A DNA stretch of 64,000 nucleotides from Candidatus Levyibacteriota bacterium. GTDB taxonomy: Bacteria > Patescibacteriota > Microgenomatia > Levybacterales > UBA12049. The notes beneath the pieces were generated by a model. The model had not been told where the DNA came from and did no database searches. It saw only the letters and a program-made list of their open reading frames with translations. Within the stretch, counting starts at the first letter, position 1. Every line of letters begins with the position of its first letter. The position numbers and the translations under genes were made by a program. Positions 17,801-27,424 of this stretch are shown piece after piece. The DNA is taken from NCBI GenBank assembly GCA_963790825.1, contig CAWBPM010000002.1, forward strand, positions 295,159 through 359,158, written 5' to 3'.

Positions 17801-18236
17801 TCTTCCAAGAGTTACCATTGACACAAACCTTGTTATTAGCGGTACTATTTCTCCAAACAGTGTTCCAAGCCAACTTATCACATTCTGGATTAACGGCGGC
17901 TTCAACTGGATTCAAACTCAAGAAACGTTTAACGAAATAAAAGAAGTATTTACCAGAAAAAATATAAAAATGAAATATCATCTAAATCCTAAAGAAATAC
18001 AAGCGTTTCTTGATAATTTATCTATAGGAGCAGAATTCGTAAAACCAATTCCAATAGAATCTCTTCCAATTCATTCTCGAGACGCAAAAGATAATATTTT
18101 ACTATCTTGTACGTTAGGTGGGAATTGCGATTTTCTTATTACTGGTGATGAGGATTTATTAGTCCTTAATGGAGAGAAAAAGTTGGGAAAGTTACAAATT
18201 ATAAAAGTAGTTGACTTTTTGCAAAGAAAAAAATAA
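17757..18236 (+). CDS. PIN-domain ribonuclease toxin (VapC-like)
   Basis: N-terminal VTIDTNLVISG and C-terminal CDFLITGDEDLL are the acidic motifs of the PIN fold. The start may be the internal Met at 17781. Confidence 0.65.
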   Translation: MKKLDKNDMNNEENNLPRVTIDTNLVISGTISPNSVPSQLITFWINGGFNWIQTQETFNEIKEVFTRKNIKMKYHLNPKEIQAFLDNLSIGAEFVKPIPIESLPIHSRDAKDNILLSCTLGGNCDFLITGDEDLLVLNGEKKLGKLQIIKVVDFLQRKK

Positions 18237-18561
18237 GTCAGAGTTTCCTTTCCTTCCAAGTACTGGATGCTTCAATACGAATCCTAATCATTATACGAAC
18301 CAGAGGTAATCAAAAATATAAAACACATATAAAAACGTCTTCGGTTTTTCTATGACTTGGGTTTCCGGCTTCGCCTCCAATGAATTCTTTAGTAATTAAA
18401 ATAATTTTATTGGGAATAGCAATCTATATCATCTGGTTATTATCCGGGATATTCTTCTAATCACATTATATATCTTTCATAACCCATACAACCATAGAAG
18501 GGGCTTAGCCCCTCTAATGCAAGGGTTTCCGGCTTACACGGTCTTCAAAATACACTCACTT

Positions 18562-18924
18562 TCAAGATTGATCTTCGGGGGTCTCATATCGATTGGGTTT
18601 ACCGCGTGTAGGCTCCGGGGTATATCCACCATATAAACCTGACTGCTTTGCTCTCTCTGTCATAATCCTTGCACCGGTTGATTCAATCATTCGGTCTAAT
18701 TGTTCTTTTGTATAAGATCCCAAGTAATAATCAACGTGGCCTGCGCTTGAAAGGTAACCAGGACCATGTTCATGTTCTTCTTGGCATTTTGCAGGGGTGG
18801 GGGTTTCCTGACGAATTGTTTGATGAAAGACGGATCTAAAACGTTCTTTAATTCCTCCCAATATTCCAAATGACCCTGACTCTTTGCCCATACGTATATT
18901 ATACGCCTGATGGTCAAATTTCAT
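18562..18924 (-). CDS. Hypothetical protein
   Basis: 120-aa ORF. The neighbouring 18972-19199 ORF shares a GHV...Y..G(Y/S)T stretch and may be a truncated paralog. Confidence 0.3.
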   Translation of the reverse strand: MKFDHQAYNIRMGKESGSFGILGGIKERFRSVFHQTIRQETPTPAKCQEEHEHGPGYLSSAGHVDYYLGSYTKEQLDRMIESTGARIMTERAKQSGLYGGYTPEPTRGKPNRYETPEDQS

Positions 18925-19377
18925 TAAGAAGGGGATGCTTATGGGGATTGGTTTTTTATTTAAAGATAAATTTAACTTTGTTCTGAAGGATTACTGTCAT
19001 TTGATTGGTTATCTGTATAGCCTAGTCTGTATAAATCACCCCTAACGTGGCCTGGTCCACTATAATTTGAAGGTGAATATCCGCTATATTGATTACGCGG
19101 GCTAGGAGGTGTATATTTTGTTTCTGCCTTAAATGCCAGGTAAAATAAATGTCTAACTTTCCCAATAACCCTTTGGAACATCGGTGATTCTTTACTCACA
19201 ACTGTATTATACTCCCGGGAGTCAAATTTTTTAAAGTCACAAACGAGTATTCTCCTCTAAAAACCCATTCAGTTTCTCTGCACAAGAATCAAGATGAATA
19301 TCCTTTTTATCAACAATTTTGTGCAGACAATTATTTGTTTAGTTTTGCTAATCAGTTGGCTAAGTATAATAATTGAA

Positions 19378-19947
19378 TTATTTTGTAGTTGCAGGGACAA
19401 GTGGATGTCTAAAAATAGTCTCTGCGTTTAACATGTGCCCCGCAGGCGTTCTGCCTGTCAGATACATTCTTACAGTTTCCGGCCAATCTATTCTTTTGGG
19501 GAAACGTGAATCGTCAACTTTGTCGAAAAAGTGAGTATAACGTTTTGCGAGATTTGGATGTAACCGAGTGGGTAAGTAACTTAATCCTGAAGTTACCTTG
19601 ATAGTATCATCATATTGGTAAGCGGCTATACCTCTCATCTTAGTTTCTAGATCAACAAGATTACCTGATTCATCGCACTGGACCACCATATCAACCAGTC
19701 TGGTAGAAAATCCAAACACTTGACTTTTTCCCCATTTAATTCCTGGTCGAATTCTAACATTTAGCTCATATAATCCATTACCTCTGCCATATTTACGAGA
19801 GTATGCTTCAAGTAAAAATTCCCCTTGTTGGGTGTAATACAGGTGAGGATCTTCAAAAGTACCCATAGAAGTACTTTCTGCTTGAAGATCTACGTAATTA
19901 AATGACTCTCTTAATCTAGGCATAAATATCTGGGTATTATAGCACAT
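19378..19947 (-). CDS. Hypothetical protein
   Basis: 189-aa ORF with good coding appearance. No motif recognised. Confidence 0.45.
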   Translation of the reverse strand: MCYNTQIFMPRLRESFNYVDLQAESTSMGTFEDPHLYYTQQGEFLLEAYSRKYGRGNGLYELNVRIRPGIKWGKSQVFGFSTRLVDMVVQCDESGNLVDLETKMRGIAAYQYDDTIKVTSGLSYLPTRLHPNLAKRYTHFFDKVDDSRFPKRIDWPETVRMYLTGRTPAGHMLNAETIFRHPLVPATTK

Positions 19948-20147
19948 CTTAATTCAAAGTGATTGGGCTGGGGTGATAGGTACCAGTTGAGGAGTTAATG
20001 TAGAAGCATACTCCAATGGTGTTTTGTAGTCAAGGGCTTGTACCGGCTATAAAAAGGGCTGCGCCCCTCTTTTGCAAGGGTCGAGATAAACGAAGTCGTT
20101 GCTTCGCCCTTGCAAAATTCACCTTGCATATTAGTCTTCGGATATCA

Positions 20148-20171
20148 GAAAGCAGGCCGCAGGCTGCTTTC
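20148..20171 (+). promoter_or_regulatory. Perfect 8-bp-stem hairpin (GAAAGCAG-N8-CTGCTTTC) in the DUF2958 gene leader. An identical copy lies at 17179-17202.
   Basis: Seen directly in the sequence. Followed by an AT-rich stretch and the start codon ~40 nt downstream. Function could be promoter, operator or terminator. Confidence 0.4.
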
Positions 20172-20212
20172 TGGAATATATATTTTCCAAAAATATTAAC
20201 AGCTGAACGGAG

Positions 20213-20524
20213 GTGAATAAACAAATGATGCTACTTACTAAACAATTGACACAGAGACTACCAAAGCTATATGAGCAGGAAAACAATACTGATCCGATGG
20301 TTATCTGTAAGTTCTTTTTACCGATGACCAAATGGACTTGGTACGCCATAGAATTTGACGGAAAAGATACGTTTTTTGGCTACGTTGTCGGAGATTATCC
20401 GGAGCTTGGTTACTTTACTCTGTCAGAGCTAAAAGATATTGAGGGCCCATACGGGCTAAAGGTTGAGCGGGATATGTATTTCGACCCTCAACCGCTCTCA
20501 AAGATACAAGCGGGGGAAAGATAA
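20213..20524 (+). CDS. DUF2958-family protein (commonly carried on conjugative elements)
   Basis: 103 aa. KFFLPMTKWTWYAIEFDGKDTFFGYVVGDYPELGYFTLSEL resembles the DUF2958 family seen on plasmids and ICEs (from memory, not a search). Confidence 0.5.
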   Translation: MNKQMMLLTKQLTQRLPKLYEQENNTDPMVICKFFLPMTKWTWYAIEFDGKDTFFGYVVGDYPELGYFTLSELKDIEGPYGLKVERDMYFDPQPLSKIQAGER

Positions 20525-20581
20525 AGAAAAGTCTCTGCCGCCGGAACTGCCACCGGCGGCAGATCCTGCCCGCCTACCCAG

Positions 20582-21382
20582 TTATTCTACTTTTTCCCAA
20601 ACATCAGGGGTTTTAGCATTAAGTATTCTCTCATTCCAGGATAAATATAGAGGGAATGGTTCATCAAATTGTTTTTCAAATAGTGCTTTTGCAAAGTAAT
20701 ACAGGTGTTTCTTTAACTTTTCTCTTGGGCAAATAAATAAAACTGCGGGGAACGCTTGCCCGTTTGCGTTGTCCTCCCAATTACCTCCCTCAACATATTG
20801 CATGTATGTTAATATCCGTGAACGAAGTATTCCGGCAGAAGCATAGTCTCTGAATAATTCAAGGAAATATCTTCTGGTTTTCTCTTTTGTTTTTACTGAT
20901 ATATAAGCACTTGGCAGGGGAGTAGGAAAATACTCATATTGCAGCAATTGGCTTTCAGTAAAAAAACGGATCTCTTCATCTTTTTTCTTCTTTGCTAAAA
21001 AGAAAAGATAAACATCTGCTAAGTCTAGACAGTAAGAAATAAAACTTTCTGTCCGACTCTTTTCTTTGTACACTTTACCCAGTGCTTCAACGTCGCAGTC
21101 CTTTTCCTGTTTTAGGATTTGTATTCCTTTAGTACCCAGAAAATAGACAGCCGGCTTTGTCCGGTTTTTAAATGAATCAGGCAGATAATATCTGTGAATA
21201 TACTTATTATCTTTTAAGTCTTTAAGCCAGAGTTGTATTCTTTTGGGGTTTTTATGATTGAATAATATTTGCAGTTGGTTAGTATTTAGGAATCTGAATT
21301 TATATATATATTTTAATATTTGTTTTTCTTTGCCGGTTATTTTAACTTCTGTTTTGTTCTCTGTTTTTATTATTTTTTTCAT
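20582..21382 (-). CDS. Replication-relaxation (Replic_Relax, PF13814-like) family wHTH protein
   Basis: N-terminal EKQILKYIYKFRFLNTNQLQILF matches the wHTH start typical of Replic_Relax proteins. Lies immediately downstream of the VirD4-like gene, as in Gram-positive conjugative elements. Confidence 0.45.
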   Translation of the reverse strand: MKKIIKTENKTEVKITGKEKQILKYIYKFRFLNTNQLQILFNHKNPKRIQLWLKDLKDNKYIHRYYLPDSFKNRTKPAVYFLGTKGIQILKQEKDCDVEALGKVYKEKSRTESFISYCLDLADVYLFFLAKKKKDEEIRFFTESQLLQYEYFPTPLPSAYISVKTKEKTRRYFLELFRDYASAGILRSRILTYMQYVEGGNWEDNANGQAFPAVLFICPREKLKKHLYYFAKALFEKQFDEPFPLYLSWNERILNAKTPDVWEKVE

Positions 21383-21490
21383 GCTGGGTTTATATATTTA
21401 TGCCTCTTATATTTATATAAGATATAATAGGAAGAACTTTTTTGTAATTTAGCTTCATTTTAAGCATATTTTTGTAGGTACTCGCACCTA

Positions 21491-24196
21491 CTATTTTATC
21501 TGCTTCGTATCATCGGGAAGTGACCCTGTTATTTTATTTTTTGTCTCCGTAGTTTCTTTCTGTCTTGCTGCTTGCTGCTCTTTATTGACCGGTTTTTTCA
21601 GGTAGACAATTGCCCAGTTATTTCTCGAAGATGCAATGAGTTTCTCCATCTTTTTACTATCTCTTTTGACGGGCATATAGATTGTCTCACCGGAAAAAGG
21701 TTCTTCGGATTCTATGGCTGAAATTTTAATATAGAATCTGTAACGGGGAAGACTCATTATTTCGCCCTTTACTAAGTAGGGCGCAAACTGGTTAAGCATT
21801 AAATCTTCATCAATATAATTGCCGGACCGGAATGAGATAACTGTGGTAACGTTTGCCAGGATAATATTGGTAACATCCCTGTCTTTTTGCTGGGAGGTTG
21901 ACTGCTCGGCAATAATTAAAGGCATCCTGTACTTTCTGCCCTCTGTTATCATTTTTGTAAATGACTGGGTTGCAAAATTTTGGAATTCGTCAACATATAC
22001 ATAAAATGTTTTCCTCTTGCTCTCCGGTATATATGCTCTTTTTAATGCAGCTTGCTGGAGTTTGGTCATGATTGTTGTTCCCATGAGCCGTGAGGAGTCT
22101 TCACCTAATTTTTGTGAGAAATTACAAATGAGAATTTTACCGCCGTTTATAATTTCATCAAAATTAATAGTGGATTTCTCCTGTTCTAAAATTCTTTTAG
22201 CAGTAGGAGAGCGGAGAAACCTTCCAACCTTGGCTGTAATCCCCTGAGTCATTTTTACTATCTGATAATCTCCGGCTTTGCCGAATTCATATTTCCAGAA
22301 ATCTACTAAATCCTCATCCGTCAGTTTTGACACAACCTGTTTGCGAAAGGTAGGATTAGTCATGATTTTATTGATGGTAAATAATGTTGCGCCCGGTACA
22401 GTAAACGCTGTGTAAATAGTATTTCTTAAAATATATTCAATTCTGTGAGCATTAGTACTCTCATCTTTTGAAAATACTTTTCTGAAAAGCGACACTACAC
22501 CTTCTGCAACTACCTCTTTTTCCAGCTCCGCTTCGTCTTCATCGAGTCCGGGTGTCAACTCCATGACGTTTATTCCGATCGGATACTTTAAGTCTATCGG
22601 GTTAATATATATGAGATCGTCTTTCCGGCTTGTCGGAATAGAAGCCACTAAATCTTCTGCTACATCTCCATGCGGATCAATAAATGCTAAACCGCGGCCT
22701 TCTTCAATATCATGTTTTGCCATGGAAAACATTAAGGTAGTTTTACCTGAACCGGTTCGGCCTAAAATATACATATGCGTTTGCCGCTCTTCTTCGGTTA
22801 ATCCGATCGGCGTTGTTACTCCCGCATAATTATTTTCTCCAAAAACAGTATCCAGCTCCGTACCGTTTTTTAGTGTTATTGGGGCGGGTAATTCTTTTGA
22901 ATGTGCTTTTACAATGTTTTCCGTTTGCGTAACATACTTAAAAGGAAAATGATATAGGTCTGCTATCTCAGACGCGGAATATAATGAGGAACTTGCATTG
23001 TTAATTAAAGATAACATTCGTTTTCGAAACACAAATAGTTGTACCCGATCCGAGACATATGGAATTCCATATGTTTTGAAGAAGGACTGATATTTAGGAA
23101 CGTTATACATAGCAAGGGAGGAATGAAAACCTTTAACCCTCTGTGCAACTTCAGACTTTTCCTTCATAACAACTAGTAACCTGATTGATCCTTCAAACAA
23201 CTCCTGATCAATTTTTGTTTTGATTGACTGGATCACTTCCTGCTCAAAGCTACTTAGTATCCTAGCCGGCCGAAGGTGCTGCATTTGTATAACTTGCTGA
23301 TACTGGTATTGCCCGGAAATATGTATCGACTGTGTGTTTGAATGCATCAGCTCAGTTATTGCCCACTGCAGATTATTTCCGATTGCCAATATCATTTTAA
23401 GTAATACTTTTAGAAGGAATAACAATATTTTTACAACTAAAGGTGCTCGGGGTTTACTTAAATACCTTAGTATATCTTCATTGTTGAGGATCATCTGAGA
23501 AAGAATATCCGCTTCTTTGATTTTGGTTCCGGAAACTACTACTTGCAAAGAGATTAATTCTCCGGGTTTTAACTGCGTCATCATACCGGTGATATACGCA
23601 ACCGGATCATGTTCCTGCAGAGTGGATTGTTTTTGCAGAGGAAAAGCAAAATGTTTTCTTAATTGAAACCCGGCAACTTTTATATGCAATTTATTATTAG
23701 TTTTATCAACAGTGGGAATATATTCACTAGTTGTTTTCACCAGGACATGGGGAAGGTAGGAGAGAATCTCCCGTTTTATGTTCTCTTTTTCTTCCGGTGT
23801 TGTCCTGACAATGAAACGGATTCCCAGCTCTCTGCTTGAAACAATTTCGAAAGAAAGAATCGTTTTCCTGCCCAGTAATTTATCTGTAAACGAATCCCGC
23901 TTTGATAAGCCGTGTATCATTGAAAAAAATTCCTGCGTGGTATATGCAGACTTTTCGCTTATTGTCGGAGGGGTAATTTCAAGCAGAACCGATTCTTCAT
24001 TCATTAGTTTTCTGAAATTGAAATACCAGCGGGCAATTAGTATTACCAGCACACATACGACAAGAAAAAGAATAAAAGGAAAGGATGAGAAAGGAGAGTG
24101 ATGAGCAAAGTTAATAAACTCATCTTTTAAATGAGGAAGAGAGGCAGTTAACCGGCTAAGTATATATCCAGCTTCCCAATGATGCCAGTCATTCAT
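21491..24196 (-). CDS. virD4: Type IV coupling protein (VirD4/TraG/TraD family) with a long N-terminal membrane-anchored extension
   Basis: Walker A ILGRTGSGKTTLMF, Walker B FYVYVDEFQNFAT and an N-terminal TM helix. 901 aa. Confidence 0.8.
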   Translation of the reverse strand: MNDWHHWEAGYILSRLTASLPHLKDEFINFAHHSPFSSFPFILFLVVCVLVILIARWYFNFRKLMNEESVLLEITPPTISEKSAYTTQEFFSMIHGLSKRDSFTDKLLGRKTILSFEIVSSRELGIRFIVRTTPEEKENIKREILSYLPHVLVKTTSEYIPTVDKTNNKLHIKVAGFQLRKHFAFPLQKQSTLQEHDPVAYITGMMTQLKPGELISLQVVVSGTKIKEADILSQMILNNEDILRYLSKPRAPLVVKILLFLLKVLLKMILAIGNNLQWAITELMHSNTQSIHISGQYQYQQVIQMQHLRPARILSSFEQEVIQSIKTKIDQELFEGSIRLLVVMKEKSEVAQRVKGFHSSLAMYNVPKYQSFFKTYGIPYVSDRVQLFVFRKRMLSLINNASSSLYSASEIADLYHFPFKYVTQTENIVKAHSKELPAPITLKNGTELDTVFGENNYAGVTTPIGLTEEERQTHMYILGRTGSGKTTLMFSMAKHDIEEGRGLAFIDPHGDVAEDLVASIPTSRKDDLIYINPIDLKYPIGINVMELTPGLDEDEAELEKEVVAEGVVSLFRKVFSKDESTNAHRIEYILRNTIYTAFTVPGATLFTINKIMTNPTFRKQVVSKLTDEDLVDFWKYEFGKAGDYQIVKMTQGITAKVGRFLRSPTAKRILEQEKSTINFDEIINGGKILICNFSQKLGEDSSRLMGTTIMTKLQQAALKRAYIPESKRKTFYVYVDEFQNFATQSFTKMITEGRKYRMPLIIAEQSTSQQKDRDVTNIILANVTTVISFRSGNYIDEDLMLNQFAPYLVKGEIMSLPRYRFYIKISAIESEEPFSGETIYMPVKRDSKKMEKLIASSRNNWAIVYLKKPVNKEQQAARQKETTETKNKITGSLPDDTKQIK

Positions 24197-24382
24197 ATAC
24201 TCTCGGGCAGAAACACCTAAGAGCAGAAGTTAGCTTGAGTTATAGCACAGTTTAGGAAAAAAGTAAAAAATAGGAAACACTGAATGTCTAAAACATCGAA
24301 ACTTTATGCACGAATAAGATGTTAATAATAATCGATATTCAATGTAAGGATAGAGAGTAAAGACATTCTGCATTTCTAGACG

Positions 24383-24652
24383 CTATACCTGCTGCTTTGG
24401 CGGCAATGTACCTGAAGTAGTAGTAACAAAAGGAATAGTTGCTGTACCTTGTGTATTTACGGATGAAGTTCCAGAAGTATTAGTTTGTACTTGTCCCACT
24501 CCTGATACGACATTTGTTTGTGCCCCACTAGGTTTTGCGAACAACGGGCTTACAGGTACTTGTGATCTGTTACTTGTATTGATCGTTGCGACATTGAGAG
24601 TAGGAAGTCCTGCAAATAATTTTGTAGAATCGTCAGAGTACCCCAACCGCAC
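24383..24652 (-). CDS. Hypothetical Ser/Thr-rich small protein
   Basis: 89-aa ORF of low complexity. Weak support. Confidence 0.2.
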   Translation of the reverse strand: MRLGYSDDSTKLFAGLPTLNVATINTSNRSQVPVSPLFAKPSGAQTNVVSGVGQVQTNTSGTSSVNTQGTATIPFVTTTSGTLPPKQQV

Positions 24653-24826
24653 TTTCTATCGAACCGCTTTTAGCTTGGCTAACCAAGTTAATGGATGTAT
24701 ACCAGAAAACTATAGAGTTAAATTAAAAAATCTTTCGTAGTGTTTATTCTTCAGTTCAATTGACATTACAAAATACATAATCTAATCTATAGATAGAAGA
24801 ATATTCAGTAAGAGTTATAAAAACAT

Positions 24827-25177
24827 ATGGGTACATACTCCGTGAAAGCACGAATCTTAATGGTTTTTGTCATGATTATTCTTGATATATTATTGACAAT
24901 ATGCGGACTTGTGTTGGTTTTTCTGTTTTGTTATGCGGACGGCTGCCCAACTCCACAACATGCTGGTTTAATATCATATGGTATTATCTTTAGCATTTCA
25001 AGTTTATTAACAAGTATAGGCTTTGGAATGACTAAGCAAACAAATAAACTTAAATTTAATTTAAATTTATTCATATGGTTGTTTATTATCAATATAGTAG
25101 TAAATATAACCATAGTCTTGCTTATATCGCTTTTTAATCCCGCAATGTTCTATAAATCACTTTTGGCAAACTTATAG
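24827..25177 (+). CDS. Small integral membrane protein
   Basis: 116 aa with three or four hydrophobic helices. Confidence 0.35.
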   Translation: MGTYSVKARILMVFVMIILDILLTICGLVLVFLFCYADGCPTPQHAGLISYGIIFSISSLLTSIGFGMTKQTNKLKFNLNLFIWLFIINIVVNITIVLLISLFNPAMFYKSLLANL

Positions 25178-25761
25178 TTAATAAAAAGCTTTTGCATTTT
25201 CTTAATTTCTCCCCACCTCTGCCTCAGCTCTCTAATATATCAAAATCCTAGTTAGCCAAAATAATCTACTTTCATTGGCTATAACGATACATTAGAGGCA
25301 ACTGAGGTTAAACTTTATACGTGATGTTTATGCCAAATAACGAAAATTTGTCTGTTTTTAGGGAATAGACTCTTAGCTCTCTGGTTCGAATCCCTTTTGG
25401 TTGTCAAAAGAGTTTAAGCTAACGAACTCGACCTAGGATTTATATCTTTGAAATTAAGATTGGTTTGTTCTATCAATCTATTCTCGCATTTGCAAACACG
25501 AGCGACCCGTTTGGTACCCCTGATGCACTTTCTTTTGAGCTCTTTCTGCCTTGTATTAACAAAATTAGGGTCGTTTATCAAGAATCCGAATCTATCGATA
25601 GTGATCAATTATTACCCCAGGATACTTCTTTCTTTAGGGGATATTATGTGAAGAATATGAATTAAAGAATTATTTATTTTAAGCACAGGCTGGCTGTTTC
25701 AGATTTCCCGAACTTTTGAACCTATTTAAAAGCACTCAGGGAGCGTGCTTCACCTGAATAA

Positions 25762-26022
25762 CTACTTTGCAACTCCTTCAAAAATCAGCTGTTTAATAAA
25801 AGTTTGATAAGGTACATCCATCTGATGCGCCTTTATTTTAACTCGATCAATTAATGTTTGTGGTAAGCGGATTGTAATAGGCTTACTGGTTAACTTTAAA
25901 TTAGGAAATTTCCAATTCTCAACATGACTATAGTCTACATACTCTGTAGAATCATGAGTCTGCCAAAATTTTCTTTCTTCATCTTCATTATTAAATTTAG
26001 GAATTTGCTTTAATTGTTTCAT
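25762..26022 (-). CDS. brnA: BrnA-type antitoxin (RHH/CopG-like)
   Basis: FNNEDEERKFWQTHDSTEYVDYS...PITIRLPQTLIDRVKIKAHQMDVPYQTFIKQLI matches the BrnA family. 4-nt gap to brnT. Confidence 0.75.
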   Translation of the reverse strand: MKQLKQIPKFNNEDEERKFWQTHDSTEYVDYSHVENWKFPNLKLTSKPITIRLPQTLIDRVKIKAHQMDVPYQTFIKQLIFEGVAK

Positions 26023-26026
26023 ATAT

Positions 26027-26320
26027 TTATCCTTCTTTGTACACCTCCATTTCTTTTTTGTTAGCTCCTCTTCCTGAGATTATTCTAATTTTATCTTTCC
26101 TGATGGCAAATACTACAAAAAGCATTTTATTTTCTGTAGTTTTTCCTATTGCAATGAAACGCTCTTCCTGTTCTTGATGTTTGAAATCTTTTTTTATCTT
26201 AACATCTTCGTCTAAAAATACTTCTTCCGTTTCATTTGGAGCTATACCATGTTTTTTATAGCTTTTATCTATATTCCACTTATCCCATTCAAATCCAAAA
26301 ATAGCATTCAAATCAATCAT
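26027..26320 (-). CDS. brnT: BrnT-type ribonuclease toxin (DUF497)
   Basis: FEWDKWNIDKSYKKHGIAPNETEEVF...IRIISGRGANKKEMEVY matches BrnT/DUF497. Confidence 0.8.
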   Translation of the reverse strand: MIDLNAIFGFEWDKWNIDKSYKKHGIAPNETEEVFLDEDVKIKKDFKHQEQEERFIAIGKTTENKMLFVVFAIRKDKIRIISGRGANKKEMEVYKEG

Positions 26321-26476
26321 CTGTACATATGATACATGTACAATAGTCGCATGTCAATAGCTAAAATTATCGCTTTAGCCTCTGCTGATCATAGTAAAGT
26401 ATTCGAGTCGCCTCAGGGTTCAAACATTCTTAAGTCTAACAAAGGTGAGATTATTTTTGAAGATTAATTAGCAATT

Positions 26477-26557
26477 TAGCCCGTTCTATCAATCTATTCG
26501 TATGTTTGATACTGTAGGCGTCCCCTTTGGTACCCCCTATGGGACGATGTCCGAACC
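26477..26557. repeat. tRNA-Leu-flank-derived element, copy B
   Basis: Shares tagcccgtt(c/a)tatcaatctattcg...cgtcccctttggtacc with 47652-47716 (the native tRNA-Leu 3-prime flank) and, more loosely, with 25465-25522. It adds the motif tggtaccccctatgggacgatgtccgaacc, which recurs at 44768-44797 and 45157-45186. Confidence 0.55.
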
Positions 26558-26643
26558 TATCTAACTATATCAATTGATCCTAACGAAAAATCCGAACTGC
26601 TGTTAATCCTTAACCTTTTTAAAATTAAGAAAGGAGAACAGCA

Positions 26644-27102
26644 GTGATAATGTCGTATTTTAACAAATTATTAGCCGTAAAAGAAGCGATAGATGTCTCA
26701 AAACTATATAACGAAAAGACGTTTTATAAGGCTTTTATTAAAGACTTAGAGAGAGTAAGAAATGAGGTAATTATTGAATCTCCATTTATTACCATTGAAC
26801 GGGTAAAATATTTTATACCGATATTTACTAAGCTAATAAAAAAAGGTGTACAAATTCATGTGTATACTCGTATAGCTGAAGAACAATCTGACGAAATGCA
26901 GTATCAAACTGAAAAGGGAATAGATCTACTAGAAGAGATTGGCGTTTTTGTTGTACCAGTGAATTGTTTTCTGCATAGGAAGTTAGCTATTATTGATAAC
27001 AATATAGTATGGGAGGGAAGTTTGAATATCTTATCGCAGAGAAACAGTCAAGAATTCATGCAAAGACTCAATAATCAATCAGAAGTAATCAAAATTGTAT
27101 AG
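26644..27102 (+). CDS. Phospholipase D-like (HKD) domain nuclease, Nuc-like
   Basis: The single HxK(x)4D motif HRKLAIIDNNIVWEGSLNI indicates a homodimeric single-HKD nuclease. Paralog of 46376-46825 (about 45% identity). Confidence 0.7.
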   Translation: MIMSYFNKLLAVKEAIDVSKLYNEKTFYKAFIKDLERVRNEVIIESPFITIERVKYFIPIFTKLIKKGVQIHVYTRIAEEQSDEMQYQTEKGIDLLEEIGVFVVPVNCFLHRKLAIIDNNIVWEGSLNILSQRNSQEFMQRLNNQSEVIKIV

Positions 27103-27130
27103 TTTTTAGGAATTAATATATATTGATAGT

Positions 27131-27412
27131 TTAATTTAATGTCGCATTTTCTTCCTTAACTTTTTCTGCCAAAAACATCTTAACTAAAGACTGATAAGGT
27201 ACATCACGTTTATTCGCAATAGTTTTGAGTGATGCAACTAACCATTCCGGAAGTCTGATTGAGACAGTTTTAGTTGAAGGCTTAAGTTTTAAGAATACAG
27301 GGTTAACAATAGCCGAACTGGCATCAAAATAGTCAAGCAAGTCATGGTTTGACCAGAACTCTCTTTCTTCATCTTCATTTTTAAACTCTGGTAATTGTTT
27401 GAGATTGCTCAT
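27131..27412 (-). CDS. brnA: BrnA-type antitoxin, second copy
   Basis: FKNEDEEREFWSNHDLLDYFD...VSIRLPEWLVASLKTIANKRDVPYQSLVKMFL. Confidence 0.75.
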   Translation of the reverse strand: MSNLKQLPEFKNEDEEREFWSNHDLLDYFDASSAIVNPVFLKLKPSTKTVSIRLPEWLVASLKTIANKRDVPYQSLVKMFLAEKVKEENATLN

Positions 27413-27424
27413 AATTTATTATAT

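Noticed and set aside
11300-20560. Classical integron (IntI plus attI plus attC array)
   Set aside because: No tyrosine recombinase ORF is present in the window. The inter-cassette elements do not show recognisable R-double-prime/R-prime (RYYYAAC/GTTRRRY) cores. Kept only as a cassette-like array.
25414-25665. Three overlapping ~65-aa ORFs in the 25.2-25.76 kb gap
   Set aside because: The region is occupied by tRNA-like remnants and repeat copy A, has no coding periodicity, and the ORFs overlap each other.
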